Assembly (NCBI GenBank): GCA_002376875.1
Contig: DFOT01000002.1
Span: 185,653 to 249,652, forward strand
Direction of reading: 5' to 3'
Source of the DNA: Opitutia bacterium UBA3534
GTDB lineage: Bacteria > Verrucomicrobiota > Verrucomicrobiia > Opitutales > UBA3534
DNA: 64,000 bases
The notes beneath the pieces were generated by a model that worked only from the letters and a program-made list of their open reading frames with translations, did no database searches and had not been told where the DNA came from. Within the stretch, counting starts at the first letter, position 1; the number at the start of each line of letters is the position of its first letter. Below, piece by piece: positions 20,335 through 29,636 of this stretch. The translations under genes and the position numbers were made by a program.

Positions 20335-21114
20335 ATGGATTTTTCTGTTCAGCAATTCACTCTGCTATTCAACAGCACCTTAAACAATAACCTTGAAGAC
20401 TGTGGGAAACTTGCGGACTATCTTCTTGAGTCTAAAAATATAAGTCAAAAGTGTGTAGACACTGTCCTCGATAAACTGGAGTCCACAGATACACTCCCTC
20501 TCCTTGATCGCACTCTCTTAAAGGGTCTATTCTTTAGCAACCCAAATATCATAGAGACACATAAAATCTCACTACCCGAAGGGCATTCAGCTGTAATTAC
20601 TAAAAACCAAGGTAAAAGTATTCTAGAGCGTAACATCAAGCAAATCCTTCCTGCAAAAGAGAATACGCGAGAAAGTATTTTATGCAAAAAAGCCCAAGAC
20701 TACTTAAACACATTCTCCCTTCAGCAATTTACTCTGCTATTTAACAGCACTTCAATCGGTGACCCTGAAGACTCTGATAAACTTGCAGACTACCTCCTTG
20801 AGTCTACGAATATAACTCAAGAAAATGTCAATACAGTCCTCCAACAACTAGAGCCCACCGACACGGTCCCCCTCCTTTATCGCACCCTCTTAAAGGGGCT
20901 CTTTCTTAGTAACCCAAACATTATAGGGACTCATAAATTTGCCTTACCCGAAGGGCATTCAGCTGTAATTACTGAAAGCCAAGGTAAAGGTATTTTAGAG
21001 CGTAACATTAAGCAAATCCCACCCCCACAAGAAAACACACGAGAAAGTATTTTGTTCAAAAAAGCGCAAACTCATTTAAGCACAACAACATGCTTAGTAG
21101 ACCTAGATTGTTAG
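20335..21114 (+). CDS. orphan protein made of two tandem 124-aa repeats
   Basis: 259 aa. Residues 3-126 and 127-250 are clearly homologous (FS[VL]QQFTLLFNST...LPEGHSAVIT...ENTRESIL). Confidence 0.6.
   Translation: MDFSVQQFTLLFNSTLNNNLEDCGKLADYLLESKNISQKCVDTVLDKLESTDTLPLLDRTLLKGLFFSNPNIIETHKISLPEGHSAVITKNQGKSILERNIKQILPAKENTRESILCKKAQDYLNTFSLQQFTLLFNSTSIGDPEDSDKLADYLLESTNITQENVNTVLQQLEPTDTVPLLYRTLLKGLFLSNPNIIGTHKFALPEGHSAVITESQGKGILERNIKQIPPPQENTRESILFKKAQTHLSTTTCLVDLDC
20341..21084 (+). repeat. 2 x 372-nt in-frame tandem duplication inside the CDS
   Basis: Unit 1 is 20341-20712 and unit 2 is 20713-21084. The similarity is visible at nucleotide level (cagcaattcactctgctattcaacagcac vs cagcaatttactctgctatttaacagcac). 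Confidence 0.85.
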
Positions 21115-21169
21115 TCACTCACAAACAAGGTTACACAAGCAACACTTAGCTCAAACAAGATACATTATC

Positions 21170-22318
21170 ATGATGACCTTTAATGTATTGAGGCCGTACT
21201 ATGATACAATTATTGCAGCCCAAACTGGTTATTTGGCAGCTTATAGGGAGCTTAATACCGTCCTTAATACCTACATGTCGGTCAATCTACCTCCTATACA
21301 AAGTGCTCTAGATTGCTTTGAGGAAGGCCTCACTTACCTTGGGCAACGCTACACAGAACACCACAATGACCCTACCCACTACCGGGGTATTCATGCAGCT
21401 CTAGAATGCTTTGCGCGCCAAGCAGGGTGCCTCACCTCAGCCTGCCTTCTAGGGAAACGCCTCGTAACGCATATAGGGGCAGAAAGAGCATGCAACATGA
21501 TTGAGGACACCCAAGAAACTGACTTTGCACTAGAAGAAGCGTTCTCTGGCGAGAGTGCAGAACTACGCCAACTACTATACAACAATACCCTAAGCACTAG
21601 CGCCTTACTAGAAGTCTTTAAAACAACCCGCAACATTCGTCGAGAAAACGCTGAATACCACGAACACCATCTAACAAGAACCTTAGCACGCATTGCCCGT
21701 AAAGGCGGGGCCAAACTTGCCCAGGCTTTACGAGTGAATGCGTATGAAGAAATCGACGACCCTACAACTGCACTTACCACCGCACGCCTCTTTTTACTTT
21801 CCCAAGAACCTCTAACTGCAGAAACAGGAGCGGATATAGTCAATCTATTAGTCAGCAAAGGGAATGCTTCGGCCATGCTGACCAAAGGATATAGTTTCCT
21901 TAATGGTAATGCAGCAGCGGGTATTGAGGTCTGTAGCCTTCAAGCACAAAAATTATTTGAGGAAGCTATTCATGCCGGCGCGCCAATCGCCCACATCCCA
22001 TTAGCCGAAATCTTTTATAACGAAGAAGAATATTGGATGGCCTACACTCATTACCTTAAAGCAATAGTATCAATTAGTGATACTGAACTAAGGTTAAAAG
22101 CTACTCAAGCCATCCTTAAGCTTTATATTAAGATCTACGAAGAGGGCTACCTAAGCGTATTTATCCCGACGGATGAAACAAACGCTAAAGAGGTAAACCT
22201 AGCTAATTTCCTAACCGAATTAATGATCCCCTTACTCCAAACTAACCCACAAAGGCTTGACCTAACGCATTTATCCGAAAGAATCCTTGAATACATCGAG
22301 ACACCCTCTAGCACCTAA
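21170..22318 (+). CDS. orphan helical protein, weak Sel1-like C-terminus
   Basis: 382 aa with no catalytic motif. AQKLFEEAIHAGAPIAHIPLAEIFY resembles a Sel1 unit. Confidence 0.5.
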   Translation: MMTFNVLRPYYDTIIAAQTGYLAAYRELNTVLNTYMSVNLPPIQSALDCFEEGLTYLGQRYTEHHNDPTHYRGIHAALECFARQAGCLTSACLLGKRLVTHIGAERACNMIEDTQETDFALEEAFSGESAELRQLLYNNTLSTSALLEVFKTTRNIRRENAEYHEHHLTRTLARIARKGGAKLAQALRVNAYEEIDDPTTALTTARLFLLSQEPLTAETGADIVNLLVSKGNASAMLTKGYSFLNGNAAAGIEVCSLQAQKLFEEAIHAGAPIAHIPLAEIFYNEEEYWMAYTHYLKAIVSISDTELRLKATQAILKLYIKIYEEGYLSVFIPTDETNAKEVNLANFLTELMIPLLQTNPQRLDLTHLSERILEYIETPSST

Positions 22319-22323
22319 GTATC

Positions 22324-23199
22324 ATGGACTCCGTACAGCCCTATAAAGAAATCAAACCTTTCATTAAAGAAGCCTGCGAGGCCAGCGACGGGCCCAAGCT
22401 CAACTCAGCCATCACTAGGCTAGTTTCTAAACTCGAGTCAGCCCCTCTAGATCCAAAGGGATTTGGTAAACTAATCCACTATACCCACAAATATAAGAGC
22501 GAGGCCTCTTTTCTTGTGGAAGGATTTATATATAAGCACGCGGGCAACGCCGTTTCTAGGCTCCTCCTTACGCAATGCACTCAAAAGCCTGAAAAAGAAC
22601 TACCCAAATACATTCAAGACTTGGCCGCGACAGAATTGGGCGTTACCCAGTATCAATCGGCGAGCCCACGCGAGTTAGATCCAGGCCTTGATAAGATAGA
22701 GCAGCCTCTACTTTTAAAAGGAAACTCTTACTCTCATATCAGAATGGCCTTACTTCACCTCAAAGGAATACGCCCTAACCTCACTACAGCCCTTCAACTT
22801 TTAAAACAACCCGACACAAAAGAGCTCCCCGAAACACAAGTTATCTTAGGGGATCTATACTGCGAGGAATCTAGAAAAAAAGAAGACATCTCTCAGAAAG
22901 CGAAATTTCTACATCAGGCCCTTAAGCATTACCGCCAAGCACAACGAGGGAAGCACCCAGGAATTGAGATCAGCCTACTAAAAATAGCAAAAACCTTCCA
23001 GGACTTAGCCCTCACCAAGCTTGAAGCCCTCACCTACCTCTACCTAACCGAACATGGCCACAAGCAAGCTTTTATCGAGCTTAACAGAATCCTCATTAAA
23101 TCGGAAGATGCTCTAGAACAGTCATTTAAGGATAAAGTAGTCCCACATTTCGAACTACACATCAAGACCCACAAAATTAAGCTAGATAAGCTTCAGTAA
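22324..23199 (+). CDS. orphan Sel1/TPR-like repeat protein
   Basis: 291 aa. ALLHLKGIRPNLTTALQLLKQ ... LGDLYCEE ... ALKHYRQAQRGKHP. Confidence 0.5.
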   Translation: MDSVQPYKEIKPFIKEACEASDGPKLNSAITRLVSKLESAPLDPKGFGKLIHYTHKYKSEASFLVEGFIYKHAGNAVSRLLLTQCTQKPEKELPKYIQDLAATELGVTQYQSASPRELDPGLDKIEQPLLLKGNSYSHIRMALLHLKGIRPNLTTALQLLKQPDTKELPETQVILGDLYCEESRKKEDISQKAKFLHQALKHYRQAQRGKHPGIEISLLKIAKTFQDLALTKLEALTYLYLTEHGHKQAFIELNRILIKSEDALEQSFKDKVVPHFELHIKTHKIKLDKLQ

Positions 23200-23262
23200 C
23201 CTCCCTCAAAAAGCTATTTTAATAGCTAGACATCAATTAAAAGTCTCCTAAGCTGCTAGCTT

Positions 23263-25566
23263 ATGGACTTTTCTTCAGTAAATACAACACTCAGAGCCTT
23301 CTGCCGCAACACAGGAGACACGGATGCAAAAAGCATTGCTCAAGTACGAACTTGCCTACAAAGCACTGAGCTAAACCAACGCCATTGGCTACAGATAAAT
23401 CGCTTAATCAGCACCCTAGGCTTCTCTAGGATGTCGATCAGGAACTTACGCGACTACTCAAACATTCGCCAAACAAATGCCCCCGTACTTAACTACCTTA
23501 AATTTTTGATGTACCGCTACACAAGCCCTATGGTGGGGGCTAATCTATGCCAAGCAGGGCTTAAAGCACTGACAAACCCAAAGCATCGAATCATCCTCCA
23601 GGCACACTTACTTGAACTAGCACTGCACAAGCTGCAAAGCCCTGAATTATCGACGCGCCAAACAGGCCTTAATCTACTCGAGACCTTGGCCCTAGGGGAA
23701 CAAAACGACCGCACCATCCTGGCCGAAGCGCGCTACTACCTAGGGAGCCTCCTTTATACAACACAGAACAGTATCCACCCTACAGTAGCCCCAGACCGCG
23801 CAAGGGCATTAGCCTACCTCAAACAAGCTTCAGAAGTGAACCACCCTCAAGCACGCCTTGCCTATACAGCACTTACCAAAGATCCTGATAACATAAAAGA
23901 AGCTTTCACTACTAACACAGAAGCCCCCACAAAAGCTAGGCTTACATCGCTTTCAAGGCGCATTGCAAAAGGTCGTATTGACACACATTTAAGTGATAGC
24001 CCTATAGTCGCCCTCAAAAAACTACTTCAAGAAAAGACTCTAACACTTGAAACCTGGAAAAAGCTAGAAGCTTACGCCCTCAAACGCCTGAGTACAAAAA
24101 ACCGCCCGGGAGCACACTTGCTCCTAAGCCTGCTCCATCTTTATGGCACACATAATATCGCAAGGAGCCTTATAGAAATAGGCATCCCCAAATCTCCAAG
24201 AAATTTAAATCCTCTTGTTGAAGCCCTCCACCTTGAGCTTGGCCTACTCTTCCTAGAAGACACCCAGAGCACTCTTAGACAAACAGGATTTATAATGCTA
24301 AAGACACTCGCTGATAATGCTGAGTGTCACAACTTAAACATCTTTTTCACCGTGGCTGAGATTTTCCACTACGGGTACCTAGGCGCAACAGAAGTAAATA
24401 CAGAAGAAGCAATCAAGTATTACACAAAAGCAGAGCAGCATAGCTCAAAACTAGCCTACCTAAGACTCGCTCAGCTACAAAAAGAAACAGGGAGGCTATC
24501 CGAAGCACTCAATCACTACAGGCTAGCCTCAGCAGGGGGCTATACCGCAGAGGCTCTAAAAGAGCTACTGCTACTTATTGAAGACCTCAAAACCAAGAAA
24601 GCCTATGAGGATATCTCATTTATATTCACTGAGCTTTTCAAAATAAAAAAAACATTAGTGAAGAAAAACCAGTTTGATTCCCACAAAGACTTGTTTGAAA
24701 GCGTTTACACTAAGGTAGCTGAATTTACTCAGCTCCTTCTAAAAGCTAATGCGCTTCACGCAGCCTCTGAACTTTATAAAATAGTCTTAGCAGAGGAAAC
24801 TGATTTTTCTAAAATCGAGCCTGAAATCCTAGCCTTTGGTGCAGCCTTAGAAGCAGTAGATGACTTCCAGAACGCTAAAACAACCTACACTCTGCTTATC
24901 CAACGAGCCCAAGAGCTCAAAGCCCCATGCCAAGCTACTTTTGATGCACTCGCACTTCTTGCTCCACACTTTAAAGAAGATCTAGAACAACAAATAGACA
25001 TCTACTCAACTCTAACAAGAGCAGGAGATCTAGAGTCTTTCGTAGCTTTAGCCAACATGCTCAACCACCCTAAAATTCAGAGCTACGTAGACAGCAGACC
25101 TGAACTCCACAGACAAATAAAAAGCATGCGAATACAGACCCCTACTGCTGACTCTATTAAAGACGCTGCCCTCCTTGACCTAGAGTCAGAGTTTGCTACC
25201 CTGCAAATCATCGTCACCAAAATATATGCTAGCCTCAGCGACTTCCTAGACCAAACGAAGTATTCCTTAAAGAAAAAGCCCTTAACAAGTAAACTCTCTA
25301 AACAACAAATCCAAACGATTGAAACTGCCCTAAAAGTCCCTAAAAAGAAGAAGCCTCCCTTATTTAGAATGCGCTCCTTCTCGGCCTCTTCCGGCCTGCC
25401 TTCAGACTGGGAAGATTCCCCCACCATCACCCGCCACAACCGTAGTGCTGGTCAAAGCACAACACGCCGGAAAAGACACCAGGCCATCAAGGCCTTCATC
25501 GGGGGTAAAAGCCGCAGGAAAACCGTTGATCTAGGGGGTAAAAGCCCTACTAGGGATGCCCTCTAA
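23263..25566 (+). CDS. large Sel1-like repeat protein with basic Ser-rich C-terminal tail
   Basis: 767 aa. Sel1 units such as ARYYLGSLLY...ARALAYLKQASEVNHPQARLAY and IFHYGYLGATEVNTEEAIKYYTKAEQHSSKLAYLRLA. Tail contains PKKKKP and RRKRH. Confidence 0.6.
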   Translation: MDFSSVNTTLRAFCRNTGDTDAKSIAQVRTCLQSTELNQRHWLQINRLISTLGFSRMSIRNLRDYSNIRQTNAPVLNYLKFLMYRYTSPMVGANLCQAGLKALTNPKHRIILQAHLLELALHKLQSPELSTRQTGLNLLETLALGEQNDRTILAEARYYLGSLLYTTQNSIHPTVAPDRARALAYLKQASEVNHPQARLAYTALTKDPDNIKEAFTTNTEAPTKARLTSLSRRIAKGRIDTHLSDSPIVALKKLLQEKTLTLETWKKLEAYALKRLSTKNRPGAHLLLSLLHLYGTHNIARSLIEIGIPKSPRNLNPLVEALHLELGLLFLEDTQSTLRQTGFIMLKTLADNAECHNLNIFFTVAEIFHYGYLGATEVNTEEAIKYYTKAEQHSSKLAYLRLAQLQKETGRLSEALNHYRLASAGGYTAEALKELLLLIEDLKTKKAYEDISFIFTELFKIKKTLVKKNQFDSHKDLFESVYTKVAEFTQLLLKANALHAASELYKIVLAEETDFSKIEPEILAFGAALEAVDDFQNAKTTYTLLIQRAQELKAPCQATFDALALLAPHFKEDLEQQIDIYSTLTRAGDLESFVALANMLNHPKIQSYVDSRPELHRQIKSMRIQTPTADSIKDAALLDLESEFATLQIIVTKIYASLSDFLDQTKYSLKKKPLTSKLSKQQIQTIETALKVPKKKKPPLFRMRSFSASSGLPSDWEDSPTITRHNRSAGQSTTRRKRHQAIKAFIGGKSRRKTVDLGGKSPTRDAL

Positions 25567-25609
25567 ATTTGAGATTGACCCCCCGGGGTAAACTTATGAT
25601 TTTAAACTC

Positions 25610-26392
25610 TTGGGCTCACTAATATCAGTCAAAAATCTCTCCAAAACCTTCCATGGTCATCAGGTCCTCAACCGGATTAGCATGACCATTGAGGAGGGTG
25701 ATTTGGTGTCGATTATCGGCCCCTCAGGTTGCGGAAAGTCCACCCTACTACGCTGCCTAAATTGCCTTGATATTATGGACGAAGGTTGCCTCAAAATTGC
25801 AGGCACGAGCCTCAAGCGCACGAACACCCAACAAACCCTAGACAGCACCTTCCAAAAGAAGGCCCACCGCTTGCGCCAAGAAGTCGGCATGGTATTCCAA
25901 AGCTTCAATCTCTTTGGCAATAAGACGATCCTCCAGAACATCATGCTGGCCCCCATGGTCGTCAAAAAAGAAACCCAAGCCATCGCCGAAGAACGCGCCT
26001 GGAAGCTCCTCGACAAAGTAGGCTTGCGAGCCTTCGCAGGGAGGCACCCTGATAATCTATCTGGCGGACAACGTCAGCGCGCTGCTATCGCCCGGGCCTT
26101 AGCCATGAACCCTAAGGTCATGCTCTATGATGAGCCGACCTCCTCCCTAGACCCCGAGATGGTCGAGGAAGTCATGCAGGTCATGCATGATCTTGATGAT
26201 GAAGGCATGACCCAAATTGTCACAACTCATGAAATGCGCTTTGCCCGTAATGCCTCGGACTATATCATATTCATGGAAGGGGGCGAGATTGTAGAAATTT
26301 CTGACGAAGATGAAATCTTCGAGAACCCTAAAGATGAACGAACCCGCCGCTTCCTGCGGCACTTCTGCGGACTTGGTGCTTATGAATGGTAG
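25610..26392 (+). CDS. polar amino-acid ABC transporter ATP-binding protein
   Basis: GPSGCGKST, LSGGQRQRAAIARAL, MLYDEPTSSLD, TTHEM (GlnQ/HisP type). TTG start. Confidence 0.88.
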   Translation: MGSLISVKNLSKTFHGHQVLNRISMTIEEGDLVSIIGPSGCGKSTLLRCLNCLDIMDEGCLKIAGTSLKRTNTQQTLDSTFQKKAHRLRQEVGMVFQSFNLFGNKTILQNIMLAPMVVKKETQAIAEERAWKLLDKVGLRAFAGRHPDNLSGGQRQRAAIARALAMNPKVMLYDEPTSSLDPEMVEEVMQVMHDLDDEGMTQIVTTHEMRFARNASDYIIFMEGGEIVEISDEDEIFENPKDERTRRFLRHFCGLGAYEW

Positions 26393-27899
26393 AGCTATTT
26401 TCCTAGGGTTACTCATCGGTATCTTGCCTTGCTTAGGCTTTGCTCAAGAAGAGCCCAAGCCTGTTTTGCGTTGGGGTTCTGACGCTCAAGGCGGGGCCCC
26501 TCACGTATTTTATGACCCCACTGACCTCACAAAGGCACTTGGGTTTGAGGTAGACTTGATCGCGGCGATGGCTGAGCACATGGGCCGGGAGCCTCTTTTT
26601 ATCGACAATGACTGGGACGGCCTCATGCCGGGCCTAGACCGCGGCCTCTACGATATCGCCATTGACGGGATTCCTTACACGCCCGAGCTTGATGATGCCT
26701 TCCTCCTGTCAGAGCCTTATACCCTCACAAGCTCCCAACTCGTCGTGCACAAGGACAATACGACGATTCAATCGCTAGAGGATTGTAAGGGTAAAGCTGT
26801 AGGCACACTCAGGGGCAGCATGGCCGAACGGATCTTGCGCAGCAATCCAGACATTGACATGCGCATCTACACCGAAGAGGTCAACGCTTACGCAGATCTT
26901 TTCTACGGGCGTATCGATGCGACTCTTTTGGATACCCCGATTGTCATGTACTACGGGCGCCTCAATAAGCAGCTCAAACCCGTAGGCCCTGAGGTAGGGA
27001 CGGTCAAGTACGTCATTGCGATGCACAAGACTGACCTTGCCCTACAAACAGAAATCAACAAAGCCCTAGAGATCGTTAAAGAAAACGGCCAGCTACGTGA
27101 AATCCTTGAGCGCTGGAACCTCTGGAGCCCTCAAATGGCTGACTACCTGGATGACCACACACCCTCCACGATCGAGCCTACAGACTACTACTATTTCCTT
27201 AAGACCCACCAACTCAACCCCAGTATACTCGAGCGCCTTAACCGCTATCTAAGCTTCATGCCTATTCTGGGTAGAGCCGCGCTCACCACAATGGAGATTT
27301 CCGTTCTGGCAATGGCCTTGGCCATTACCTTGGGGCTGATTTTGGCTCTGGCAAAGCTGTACGGCCCCAAGCCTCTACGCTGGGTCACAACTTTATATAT
27401 CGAAGTCATGCGCGGGACCCCTGTCCTGATTCAGCTCTTCTTTATTTTCTACGGGCTGCCCCACCTTGGCGTTAACCTCGACCCTATCGTAGCAGGTGTA
27501 CTTGGCCTTGGCCTTAACTACGCAGCCTTCGAGGCCGAGAACTACCGCGCTGGTCTGCTCTCTGTCCCCAAAGGCCAGATGGAAGCCGCACGAGCCCTAG
27601 GGATGTCTCATAATCAGGCCCTCAAGCACGTTATCATCCCCCAAGCTTTCCGCCTGGTCCTGCCCCCAGTTACGAATGACTTTATCTCACTAATCAAAGA
27701 TTCCTCCCTGGTCTCTTTGATCACCATAGTAGAACTTACCCGAGCTTATACCGAGCTTGCCACGACCTACTACGACTACTTCGGCATTGGTATTCTTGTG
27801 GCGCTTATTTACCTCCTCTTGGGCCTACCTTTTGTCTATCTCTCCCGTATGGCAGAAAGACGCCTCGCCCTTGAGAACCGTAAGCCAATTGCGCACTAA
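26382..27899 (+). CDS. fused solute-binding (family 3) + permease protein of the amino-acid ABC transporter
   Basis: Signal peptide from ATG 26382 (MNGRAIFLGLLIGILPCLGFA), an SBP_bac_3-like half, then a HisM/GlnP-type membrane half with an EAA loop (EAARALGMSHNQALKHVIIPQA). Confidence 0.8.
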   Translation: MNGRAIFLGLLIGILPCLGFAQEEPKPVLRWGSDAQGGAPHVFYDPTDLTKALGFEVDLIAAMAEHMGREPLFIDNDWDGLMPGLDRGLYDIAIDGIPYTPELDDAFLLSEPYTLTSSQLVVHKDNTTIQSLEDCKGKAVGTLRGSMAERILRSNPDIDMRIYTEEVNAYADLFYGRIDATLLDTPIVMYYGRLNKQLKPVGPEVGTVKYVIAMHKTDLALQTEINKALEIVKENGQLREILERWNLWSPQMADYLDDHTPSTIEPTDYYYFLKTHQLNPSILERLNRYLSFMPILGRAALTTMEISVLAMALAITLGLILALAKLYGPKPLRWVTTLYIEVMRGTPVLIQLFFIFYGLPHLGVNLDPIVAGVLGLGLNYAAFEAENYRAGLLSVPKGQMEAARALGMSHNQALKHVIIPQAFRLVLPPVTNDFISLIKDSSLVSLITIVELTRAYTELATTYYDYFGIGILVALIYLLLGLPFVYLSRMAERRLALENRKPIAH

Positions 27900-27946
27900 G
27901 CTGTTGCCTATTCCCCCCAGATTTGTCTTAATTAACAGCAAAATTC

Positions 27947-29620
27947 ATGGAAGATACTATTTATATTTTTGGTCATAAGAACCCAGATGCAGATTCAATT
28001 TGTGGTGCAATCGCCTATGCTGCTTATAAAGAAGCCATTGGACAAGAACACTACAAACCTGCTCGCTGCGGAAACTCCAATGACCGGATCGATGCAATCC
28101 TCGAACGCTTTGAAACCCCCCTTCCGACTTTCATTGGGGATATCACCCCGCGGGTTCATGATATCATGATCAAAGAACCCAAGAAGGCCCCACTAGACCT
28201 CACCTGCGTAGAGGCCCTAGAAGTGATGGACCAGCACAACCTAAGGGCTCTACCTGTAGTTAATGAGGAGAACAAACTCCAAGGCCTGGTCTCAATCTCT
28301 CAGCTGGGTACCTATTTCGTTCCGAAGTTGAAGGACCCCCACAACATGCGCTACATCTATACGAGCCTAGATGCTATCGTACGCTCCCTCAAGGCAGAGG
28401 TCCTACACCTCATCAACCCCGAGCCCATGGAGGACCTTTACGTACGCGTATCGGCCATGGCCGTAGAAACCTTCAATACCCTCACTGAAACTGAAAAGAT
28501 CCCTGCTGGGCAAAGCGTGATCGTAGTCGGTGACCGCGAGGATATCCAAGACAAAGCCCTCGAGATGGGCGTAAGGATGCTAGTCATCACCGGGGGCCTC
28601 CCCATCAATGGCCCTATCCTCGAGAAAGCTAAGCAAAAAGGGGTCAGCCTTGTCATCAGCCCCTATGATTCTGCTACTACGGCTTGGATCGTACGCTCGG
28701 CAAGTAATCTCACTCCTTTAATCGAAGACAATGTAGTCACTTGCCGTGCTGATGAAAAGCTCTGCCAAGTAAAGCGCAAGGTTGCCAACACACCGACTGT
28801 CCCCGTTTACCTCGTTGTCGATGACAATCACAAGCTCCTAGGTGTCTTTAGCAAGACAGACCTACTCAAACCGGTTGAAACAAAGATCGTCCTAGTTGAC
28901 CATAACGAGATTACACAAGCAGTCAACGGGGCCGACCAAGTCATCATCACTGAAATCATCGACCACCACCGCTTGGGCAACCTCCCCACTCAGCAGCCTA
29001 TTTTATTCCATAACGAGCCCGTAGGCTCCACCTGCACAATCGTTGCGGACCTTTTCCGGCGTGAGGGGATTAAGCCTAGTGCAAACCTCGCAGGTATTAT
29101 GATGTCTGGGATGATCTCTGACACCCTCAATCTCCAGAGCCCAACCTCCACCCCTAAGGATGCGCTGCTACTCGATTGGCTCGAGGGGATTGCCAAAATT
29201 TCACGTAATGAACTCTCAGACCTGATCTTCAGTTCCGGCTCAGTCATCCTCAACTCCAAGCCAGAGGATGTCATCACCACAGACTGCAAGATCTATGAAG
29301 AAGGCTCCGTTCGCTATTCGGTCTCTCAGGTTGAAGAACTTGGGTTAGACAATTTCTGGAATCATGCCGAGGCGATTGACGCAGCGCTTGAAGACTTCCA
29401 AAGGAAAGAGTCTCTCTATTTCTCGGCCCTACTCGTGACTGACATCAACACACAAGACTCTATCTTGCTCTACAAAGGAAACGTCGAGTTCCGTGAGCGC
29501 ATCACTTATCCACTTGTCAAAAGTGACAATATTTTTGAATTGCGTAATGTCGTCAGCCGCAAGAAGCAACTCATCCCTTACATCAGCGATATTCTCGAAA
29601 CACTCGGGGTAGTAAACTAA
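27947..29620 (+). CDS. CBS-domain family II (DHH/DHHA2) inorganic pyrophosphatase
   Basis: FGHKNPDADS, an inserted CBS pair, VDHNE, IIDHHRLG, SDTLNL and a DHHA2-like C-terminus. Confidence 0.8.
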   Translation: MEDTIYIFGHKNPDADSICGAIAYAAYKEAIGQEHYKPARCGNSNDRIDAILERFETPLPTFIGDITPRVHDIMIKEPKKAPLDLTCVEALEVMDQHNLRALPVVNEENKLQGLVSISQLGTYFVPKLKDPHNMRYIYTSLDAIVRSLKAEVLHLINPEPMEDLYVRVSAMAVETFNTLTETEKIPAGQSVIVVGDREDIQDKALEMGVRMLVITGGLPINGPILEKAKQKGVSLVISPYDSATTAWIVRSASNLTPLIEDNVVTCRADEKLCQVKRKVANTPTVPVYLVVDDNHKLLGVFSKTDLLKPVETKIVLVDHNEITQAVNGADQVIITEIIDHHRLGNLPTQQPILFHNEPVGSTCTIVADLFRREGIKPSANLAGIMMSGMISDTLNLQSPTSTPKDALLLDWLEGIAKISRNELSDLIFSSGSVILNSKPEDVITTDCKIYEEGSVRYSVSQVEELGLDNFWNHAEAIDAALEDFQRKESLYFSALLVTDINTQDSILLYKGNVEFRERITYPLVKSDNIFELRNVVSRKKQLIPYISDILETLGVVN

Positions 29621-29636
29621 CAACACCCTAATCCAC

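Noticed and set aside
21391-21885. 164-aa minus-strand ORF inside the 382-aa orphan gene
   Set aside because: It is fully nested antisense in a longer ORF. Its Ser/Arg/Ala-rich composition is typical of antisense frames, and there is no start context. The longer sense ORF is the more parsimonious call.
25575-25595. ccccgggg palindrome after the 767-aa gene
   Set aside because: It is an 8-bp loop-less palindrome with no T-run and no repeat partner, so it is probably a chance occurrence.
26310-26381. Upstream start for the fused SBP-permease (MKSSRTLKMNEPAAS...)
   Set aside because: This stretch is the 3' end of the ATPase gene in another frame. The signal peptide begins at ATG 26382.
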